From Caedimonas varicaedens (GTDB taxonomy: Bacteria > Pseudomonadota > Alphaproteobacteria > Caedimonadales > Caedimonadaceae): 14,169 nucleotides of DNA. The position numbers were made by a program, and so were the translations under genes. Shown piece by piece: positions 8,776-14,169 of this stretch. Location: contig BBVC01000055.1 of assembly GCA_001192655.1 (NCBI GenBank), forward strand, positions 1 through 14,169, in the 5' to 3' direction. Positions within the stretch are counted from its first letter, which is position 1. Each line of letters begins with the position of its first letter. Under the pieces are notes generated by a model. That model ran no database searches, was not told the origin of the DNA, and saw only the letters and a list, made by a program, of their open reading frames with translations.

Positions 8776-10776
8776 CTATACATCTAAATCGTGAACGAGA
8801 GAAGCATTCCCTTGAATAAAGGCGTAACGCTTCTCTGCACGACGCCCCATGAGGGAATCGACAAATTCCTCGATGGGAATCATTCCTTCCTTTTCGCCAA
8901 AAGTCGCCGCGATTTCCTCTTGGGGAACTGAAACTCGTAGAAGGACTCTTTTAACAGGGTCCATTGCCGTTTCCTTAAGCTGCTGCCAGGGCATTTCTCC
9001 CAACCCCTTAAATCGGCTGATCTCAATTTTTCCCTTGCCTGTGAATTTTGTTTTAATCAATTCATCTCGATGGAGATCATCGCGAGCATAAAGGCTTGTA
9101 TTGCCCTGGACGATTCGGTAAAGGGGCGGCTGCGCCAGAAATAAATGTCCTGCTTCAAGAACGGGACGCATTTCCTGGAAAAAGAATGTCATCAAAAGAG
9201 AAGCAATATGTGCGCCGTCTACGTCCGCATCTGTCATAATGATGATGCGCCCATAACGTAACTGGGAAGGATTGCAGGCTTTTCCTGTTCCACATCCAAG
9301 TGCTTTGCCAAGATCAATAAGCTCCTGGTTTGCTTTTGCCTTATCAGAAGTTGCTGTTGCCACATTCAGGATTTTTCCTCTCAGAGGCAAAACGGCCTGA
9401 GTGCGTCGATTACGCGCTTGCTTGGCCGATCCACCCGCAGAATCTCCCTCTACCAGAAAAATTTCCGTTTCTGCAAGATTTTCACTGATGCAATCAGCGA
9501 GCTTTCCGGGAAGTCTCAGACGTTTTGTGGGCGATTGTCTCTGCGCCTCTTTGGTTTGCTTTCTCTTAAGGCGCTCTTCAACACGCTCAATAATAAAATT
9601 TAATAATTCTTCTGCTATTTCTCTGTGGTCGCTGAGCCAATGATCAAAGTGGTCTTTCATGACATTTTCGATCAGTCGCGTGACTTGAACACTGACAAGC
9701 TTTTCTTTTGTCTGACCCTGAAATTGGGGATCGCGAACAAAAACAGACAAAATAACAGCCGCATCTCCTATACAATCATCGGATGTTATTTGGGATGCCT
9801 TGCGGTTCCCTATCAATTCGCCATAAGCTCGCAAAGAGCGCGTCATTCCCTGCCTCAGCCCCAGTTCATGTGTCCCGCCCTGAGGTGTGACAACCGTATT
9901 GCAGTAAGACCGTAAAAAACCCTCTTCCTGAACAGGCCATGCAATAGCCCATTCAAGTCGACCTGAACCATCATTAAAATCAGCTTCTCCTGCAAAAATT
10001 TTGGGCGTAACCATGTCAACGCCAGCCATACTTTCACTCAGATAATCAGCGATCCCCCCTGGAAAATGCAGGGTTTCAGAAGAAGGTATTTTATCAACGC
10101 TTTTTAGTAATTCTTCGGCGCAGCTCCAACGTATCTCTACGCCTTTAAAGAGATAAGCGCGTGAGCGAACCATTTGGTAAAGGACAGCAGGCTTAAATCG
10201 TGCATGTGCACCAAAAATCTCTGGATCAGGATGGAAAATCAAGGTGGTACCACGACGATTATGCACGGAACCTGTCGATTCAAGTTTAGATGTGGGGGCA
10301 CCTCGTGAATAGGTTTGTCGCCATAATTGACGTTGATTAACCACCTCAACAGCCAGAAAACTGGAAAGGGCATTTACTACAGAAACACCCACTCCATGCA
10401 GTCCCCCCGATGTTTTATAGGCGTCTCCTCCAAACTTTCCACCTGAATGCAGAGTGGTCAGAATGACTTCAAGTGCTGATTTATCTGGAAATTTGGGATG
10501 GGGGTCAATGGGAATACCGCGCCCATTATCCCTGACGGTTACCATTCCATCTGCTGAAAGCTCAACTTCGATACGGGAAGCATGACCTGCAACAGCTTCA
10601 TCCATGGCATTATCCAATACTTCAGCGACTAGATGATGGAGTGATCGTTCATCGGTTCCGCCGATGTACATTCCTGGTCTGCGCCGAACAGGCTCTAGTC
10701 CCTCTAAAACCTCGATATCTTTGGCTGTGTAATCCGATTTCGCGGGAGTCCTAATTGATGAAAACAAATCACTCAT
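8776..10776 (-). CDS. parE: DNA topoisomerase IV subunit B
   Basis: The 666-aa protein has GHKL ATPase motifs EVLDNAMDEA, DNGRGIP and GGLHGVGVS, and Toprim motifs LVEGDSAGGSA and IMTDADVDGAHI. It lacks the roughly 150-aa insertion that makes proteobacterial GyrB about 800 aa, and it has the alphaproteobacterial ParE-style N-terminus, so parE is favoured over gyrB. Confidence 0.85.
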   Translation of the reverse strand: MSDLFSSIRTPAKSDYTAKDIEVLEGLEPVRRRPGMYIGGTDERSLHHLVAEVLDNAMDEAVAGHASRIEVELSADGMVTVRDNGRGIPIDPHPKFPDKSALEVILTTLHSGGKFGGDAYKTSGGLHGVGVSVVNALSSFLAVEVVNQRQLWRQTYSRGAPTSKLESTGSVHNRRGTTLIFHPDPEIFGAHARFKPAVLYQMVRSRAYLFKGVEIRWSCAEELLKSVDKIPSSETLHFPGGIADYLSESMAGVDMVTPKIFAGEADFNDGSGRLEWAIAWPVQEEGFLRSYCNTVVTPQGGTHELGLRQGMTRSLRAYGELIGNRKASQITSDDCIGDAAVILSVFVRDPQFQGQTKEKLVSVQVTRLIENVMKDHFDHWLSDHREIAEELLNFIIERVEERLKRKQTKEAQRQSPTKRLRLPGKLADCISENLAETEIFLVEGDSAGGSAKQARNRRTQAVLPLRGKILNVATATSDKAKANQELIDLGKALGCGTGKACNPSQLRYGRIIIMTDADVDGAHIASLLMTFFFQEMRPVLEAGHLFLAQPPLYRIVQGNTSLYARDDLHRDELIKTKFTGKGKIEISRFKGLGEMPWQQLKETAMDPVKRVLLRVSVPQEEIAATFGEKEGMIPIEEFVDSLMGRRAEKRYAFIQGNASLVHDLDV

Positions 10777-10813
10777 TATCTAAAATATCCATCGTTTCAA
10801 TGAAAACAAAATT

Positions 10814-10822
10814 TGCTATAGT
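10814..10822 (+). promoter_or_regulatory. candidate extended -10 promoter element for the small-protein/adenosyltransferase pair
   Basis: TGcTATAGT (TGnTATAAT-like) lies 29 nt upstream of the GTG start at 10851, in the divergent parE intergenic region. The -35 is weak (GTTTCA at 17-nt spacing). This is motif inspection only. Confidence 0.35.
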
Positions 10823-10850
10823 GCCTTAACCTCTAAAAGGAGAACTGCAC

Positions 10851-11051
10851 GTGAATCCTATACTGACATATCTCATGTTTGCAGCACTGGGCGCAACTGT
10901 TGTTGTGTTAATTTTGGGTATTCTGAACATGCTTTTGGGGAAGAGAGGAGAAGCCGTGCGTAGCAATAAGCTCATGCAATGGCGTGTGGCGGCTCAGGTA
11001 ACCGCATTGATTTTATTTACAATGATTCTTTTTTTAGGCAGGAAAAGTTAG
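10851..11051 (+). CDS. twin transmembrane helix small protein (HIG1-domain-like)
   Basis: The 66-aa protein has two hydrophobic helices separated by GKRGEAVRSNKLMQWRVAAQ. That resembles the conserved (S/Q)xxLMRxRVxxQ core of alphaproteobacterial and mitochondrial HIG1-type proteins. It uses a GTG start with AAGGAGA about 7 nt upstream. Confidence 0.75.
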   Translation: MNPILTYLMFAALGATVVVLILGILNMLLGKRGEAVRSNKLMQWRVAAQVTALILFTMILFLGRKS

Positions 11052-11053
11052 AA

Positions 11054-11614
11054 ATGGTTCAGTTAACGAAGATCTATACACGAGGAGGTGACCAGGGGGA
11101 AACTTCTCTGGGAGATGGAAAACGTATTTCCAAACACGCTGCACGCATTGAAGCTATCGGTGCTGTGGATGAAGCGAATGCCACTATTGGTATGGCGCGA
11201 CTGCATTTAAGGGGGAATGAAAACCTGATGCTGCAAAGCATTCAAAATGATCTATTTGATGTAGGCGCAGATCTGTGTATGCCTCACGATCATAAAAAAA
11301 GAACGACTCTTCGCATTCAGCCCACTCATGTCCAGAGGCTCGAACGGGAAATTGATCAAATCAACTCGACCCTTTCTCCCCTTCAATCATTTGTCTTGCC
11401 AGGGGGAAGTATAGCGAGTGCAACATTGCATATGGCGCGTACAGTAGTTCGGCGCGCAGAACGTTATGTGTGTCAGCTCTCTGAAAATGAAGCGGTAAAT
11501 GAGAACCTGATGACTTATCTTAATCGTCTTTCAGACCACCTTTTTGTTTTGGCCCGTTACATGAATGACCAGGGAAAAAAAGATGTGCTTTGGAAGCCGG
11601 GCGCAAATATCTAA
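11054..11614 (+). CDS. PduO-type ATP:cob(I)alamin adenosyltransferase (MMAB homologue)
   Basis: From the ATG at 11054 the protein starts MVQLTKIYTRGGDQGETSLGDGKRISKHAARIEAIGAVDEANA, the canonical PduO-type N-terminus. It continues with ...LQSIQNDLFDVGADL...LPGGS...LHMARTVVRRAER. The ORF-track start at 10979 overlaps the preceding gene and is unlikely to be real. The start lies 2 nt after the upstream stop. Confidence 0.88.
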   Translation: MVQLTKIYTRGGDQGETSLGDGKRISKHAARIEAIGAVDEANATIGMARLHLRGNENLMLQSIQNDLFDVGADLCMPHDHKKRTTLRIQPTHVQRLEREIDQINSTLSPLQSFVLPGGSIASATLHMARTVVRRAERYVCQLSENEAVNENLMTYLNRLSDHLFVLARYMNDQGKKDVLWKPGANI

Positions 11615-11764
11615 TATATTGTATTGGAAGAGAATTTTTTATATAAGGATCATTGATAAAAAAATTGGGAAATATGACTGGACATTGGCGAGAGTATTTT
11701 GTAACCAGGGCAAACTTTCTGCGTAGGACATGACTCCCTATAAAAAATTTAGGGATATCATAAA

Positions 11765-12964
11765 ATGAAAAATTCTTTCTTATATGTTGAAAGGAAAAGA
11801 TTGACGGAAGAGATGTTTTATCAATCTTCTACAACTCAATACAATCTTTCATCAGAAAATCTGAACGAGCGTTTTTCTCTCTCAACACTTTCTTGGAAAC
11901 TTCATCTTTTTTCTCAAATTTATGGAAAGTATTTGAAAGATTTTAAGAAAACAGACTTGATTGTTTTTCCTTCATCAAGTCCAGGATCGACTTCTTTTGA
12001 TGCGTTGCTCCTCGCACTTCTTTATTGCTAATCTCTTTATAATTGGCGCCTCAAAGGGATATTTTGCGAATTTATTCAGGACATTAAAAAAGGTGATGTG
12101 ACAGCTGTAGTTAGAGATTTGAGAAAAACAATCTCTATCCGTTTATCAGAAACACCGGATGAAAGGCTACAGCCTGAGCAACTCAAGGTTCATTGTCAAC
12201 CGACAGAGAGGATCATCACTGTCAATAAGTGTTAAAAATTTACCCCTCTCTAAAGGAAAAGAGACAGGTCATTTCAAAAAGAATCAGCGATCTACGATTG
12301 AAAAGACAGAAAGCGTAGGAAATAAAGCAGATCTAATGCTCTCACTAGTTCCAACGTTGCCAGCGGGTGTTATGAGTGACGCGCAAGCACTTAAGAAAGT
12401 GTACAACATTTTCTTCTAGTTTAAATGAAAAAATAGATAAAGTTGAAGAAGAAAATTTTTTGGTACCATACGCTCAACAGCCTGTTCAAGAAACGCCAGA
12501 AGACCTATTACCCTCACTCCCAGAGGATATTCCTGCTTCGCTATTGGACGCCAACGTACCACCACTCTCTACAAATCCGGTTGAGCTCTTTCGACGCATC
12601 TCCTAAACTTTTCTAATGAAGAGGCAGGAAACCCCGAAGAGGAAGAAGTATATAGTGACGACACACGCCTCACTCCCCCTCAGATATTCAATCCCAATAT
12701 GGGGCAAGAGAACTATTATTATCCTCCCGATTATAGGGATTGGTGGCTTGCTCGAATATCAATGGAAAGAGATCAATGGATCAGGCATTCGCTCAGGTTC
12801 AGGGTAGCCATGCTGAACTTTCAGCGCTTGTTAATAACCTTTTTTGGGAAAACAGTGACTTGCGCCGATATAATTTCGAAGAATATTTCGGAAAACAACG
12901 CGATGAATTGCGTAAAACGGGTGTTCCTGAAAGAGCATTAGGTGAAAAAAGCCCTTCCCAGTGA
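11765..12964 (+). pseudogene. probable decayed orphan gene (about 400 codons) split by one in-frame TAA and at least four frameshifts
   Basis: Five open segments tile end to end on one strand with short overlaps. They are frame 2 (11765-12235, interrupted only by TAA at 12029-12031 and then open for 67 more codons), frame 0 (12159-12419), frame 1 (12376-12606), frame 0 (12585-12941) and frame 2 (12740-12964). The acidic/proline-rich composition continues across the frame 1 to 0 junction (...QETPEDLLPSLPEDIPASLL... then ...NEEAGNPEEEEVYSDD...). I recognise no family. Confidence 0.5.
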
Positions 12965-13274
12965 GAGAGAGAACAAATATGAGTCTTGGATCTTAACAGC
13001 CCGCTGCAAAGCCATACCAAACAGCATGAATGTGAACCTGAAAACGTTGAACGCGCTCCCTGTAAGAGAGCATCAGAATAGGCATTGACGTGAGATCTCA
13101 AGACTTCCCAATCCAGCTTGCGCTGACAAAGCGTGACCTTACGAATCCTCAAATCACACTACTTCACCCAATCAAAAATACACCGAAGGACTGATCTTAA
13201 ACCGACGAGAGTCCGCAGCCTCTCACAAAATTAACAACCCGTTGACGTAAATCTACACTCTGTAAGATATTCAA
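12965..13274 (-). mobile_element. degraded IS630/Tc1-mariner-family transposase remnant (N-terminal HTH region only, frameshifted)
   Basis: Minus-strand translations in shifting frames give (L)NILQSVDLRQRVVNFVRGCG, FKISPS..IFDWVK, RKLDWEVLRSHVNAYSDALL, ERVQRFQVHIHAVWYG and ALQRAVKIQ. This follows the order of the IS630 N-terminus as I recall it: YS.DLR.RV...V, F.(V/I)S.S.V..WVKR, KLD...L...V...PD..L.ERA..F.V....V..AL.R.G...KKK. Multiple stops are present. No DDE catalytic domain or inverted repeats were identified. Confidence 0.55.
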
Positions 13275-13350
13275 CCTTATCTAACAAAAACAACTCATTA
13301 TATCAATCGGTTATTAATTAAAAAGGTCTATAATGTTTTGTTATCCTTTT

Positions 13351-14160
13351 TTAAGATGAAAACTTAACCTTTTTGATAACAAAAATATAAACCTTTATGG
13401 CCATTACAAGTACTCTTGATTTATATCTATGATATAAGTAAACATCCAAAAAAAGCATTGTCGCTTTTTTTAAATGTTCACGATCTTGTTCATAGCCTAC
13501 TATTGAGTAATAGCCCGCTAAAAATGCCTTTTTCAATATATCAATCTTCTTACCAGACAAATAAAGTAAGTATTTGAAGGGAATTAGCCCTTCCAGACAC
13601 ATCAAGAAGGTTGCTATGTCAATTTCAACAGGACCCCATGCATTGACTATGTTACTTGATGTGTAATTGTTTGCGTAAGGATCGATTATACAGATTTTTT
13701 GATCTAAATTTATGAATATATTAGAGAATCCATAGTCAGTATGTAGAAAAGCGCAGTTTTTTCCAAAACTTATTTCTTTTCCTTTGAGCAAAGAGCTGAA
13801 TTTTTCATTCTTCAGAATTAAATCTTTATTTTTAAGTTTTAAAAGTTTATGCATATCTGCCAATGCTTTTCCAACATCTGAAAATATTTTTTTGGCTTCG
13901 CATTCAGAAAGGTCTCCTTTCATAAAACGTATATAAACTTCTCTTATATTTACTATATTTGTGAGCGTTTCATATTCTATGTACCTTTCCTCTGGATTAG
14001 AGTCCTTCACGCGAGGAAAAATAAATGTTGACTGCTTTAAATCATGAAATGCAATGGACTTACTCATTAGATCATTAAAGGAGCCGTCACTTTTAGAAAA
14101 ATACTTAAAAGAGCTTCGCTCTTTAATGACCACATATCCTCTCTTAAAGTGCCTGACCAT
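13351..14160 (-). CDS. kinase-fold phosphotransferase (APH / choline-kinase / fructosamine-kinase / LPS-kinase-like superfamily), substrate unknown
   Basis: The 269-aa intact ORF has a catalytic-loop motif FLHTDYGFSNIF (HxDxxxxN) followed 13 residues after the Asn by ICIIDPY (metal-binding Asp). Further on is GPVEIDIATFLM, resembling the G(D)xxxDLA helix of APH-like kinases. A candidate ATP lysine lies in GYVVIKE and a hinge-like YIEYE is present. The gene is very AT-rich compared with the rest of the window. An in-frame TAG sits 2 codons upstream of the ATG. Confidence 0.6.
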   Translation of the reverse strand: MVRHFKRGYVVIKERSSFKYFSKSDGSFNDLMSKSIAFHDLKQSTFIFPRVKDSNPEERYIEYETLTNIVNIREVYIRFMKGDLSECEAKKIFSDVGKALADMHKLLKLKNKDLILKNEKFSSLLKGKEISFGKNCAFLHTDYGFSNIFINLDQKICIIDPYANNYTSSNIVNAWGPVEIDIATFLMCLEGLIPFKYLLYLSGKKIDILKKAFLAGYYSIVGYEQDREHLKKATMLFLDVYLYHRYKSRVLVMAIKVYIFVIKKVKFSS

Positions 14161-14169
14161 TAACTAAGT

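Noticed and set aside
8849-10037. Five short ORFs nested in parE (8849-9091, 9401-9643, 9418-9603, 9625-9915 on plus; 9855-10037 on minus).
   Set aside because: They are antisense or off-frame shadows of a well-supported 666-aa topoisomerase gene, and they show no independent coding signal.
8776-10776. Alternative call of this gene as gyrB.
   Set aside because: At 666 aa it lacks the C-terminal-domain insertion characteristic of proteobacterial GyrB (about 800 aa), and no gyrA, recF or dnaN neighbours are present. parE is favoured, though a phylogeny would be needed for certainty.
10979-11053. ORF-track start at 10979 for the adenosyltransferase (25 extra codons).
   Set aside because: The extension overlaps the 3' half of the HIG1-like gene in another frame. 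The canonical PduO N-terminus (M..KIYTRGGD.GETSL) begins exactly at the ATG at 11054.
11735-11755. Inverted repeat TCCCTA-N9-TAGGGA just upstream of the 11765 ORF.
   Set aside because: It has only a 6-bp stem with an A/T loop, so it could be an operator or chance. There is no second copy in the window and no way to support a function from sequence alone.
13011-13085. A superficial 5S-rRNA-like string (GCCATACC...GTGAAC..GAAAACG...GAGAGCATCAGAATAGGCAT).
   Set aside because: It cannot be folded into the 5S three-helix junction, lacks the conserved loop motifs, and has no adjacent 16S or 23S. The region is better explained as the IS630 coding remnant on the opposite strand.
12799-13152. 117-aa minus-strand ORF taken as an intact gene.
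   Set aside because: Its upstream part is one frame of the IS630-like remnant (RKLDWEVLRSHVNAYSDALL). Its downstream part is Ser/Cys/Leu-rich antisense of the plus-strand pseudogene. It is not a coherent protein.

Overview
The window looks like a low-to-moderate G+C alphaproteobacterial chromosome segment. Supporting cues are a short ParE-type topoisomerase IV B subunit, a HIG1-like twin-TM small protein and a PduO/MMAB-type adenosyltransferase. The gene decay and possible eukaryote-like motif remnants suggest an intracellular or amoeba-associated lineage, but that is inference only. Positions 1-11614 are ordinary core genome: a 5'-truncated HSL/Aes-type esterase, a convergent MHS-family MFS transporter, and a minus-strand block of tRNA-Gln, dedA, tRNA-Cys and tRNA-Asn. 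These are followed by a Tat-exported DUF882/MepK-like peptidase, a 680-bp gene-free gap, aconitase A, a Gfo/Idh/MocA oxidoreductase and parE. Last in the core is a divergent two-gene unit of the HIG1-like small membrane protein and the PduO-type ATP:cob(I)alamin adenosyltransferase. Positions 11615-14169 are the accessory part. A roughly 1.2-kb orphan gene there appears broken into five tiled reading-frame pieces by one in-frame stop and several frameshifts. Next to it is a frameshifted N-terminal remnant of an IS630/Tc1-mariner-type transposase, then a very AT-rich intact gene for a kinase-fold (APH/choline-kinase/LPS-kinase-like) protein. I see no CRISPR array, no rRNA, no obvious tandem repeats and no recognisable multi-gene defence or toxin system. 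The most interesting material is this decayed accessory islet and its orphan kinase-like gene. All calls come from reading the sequence and ORF translations by eye, with no searches run.
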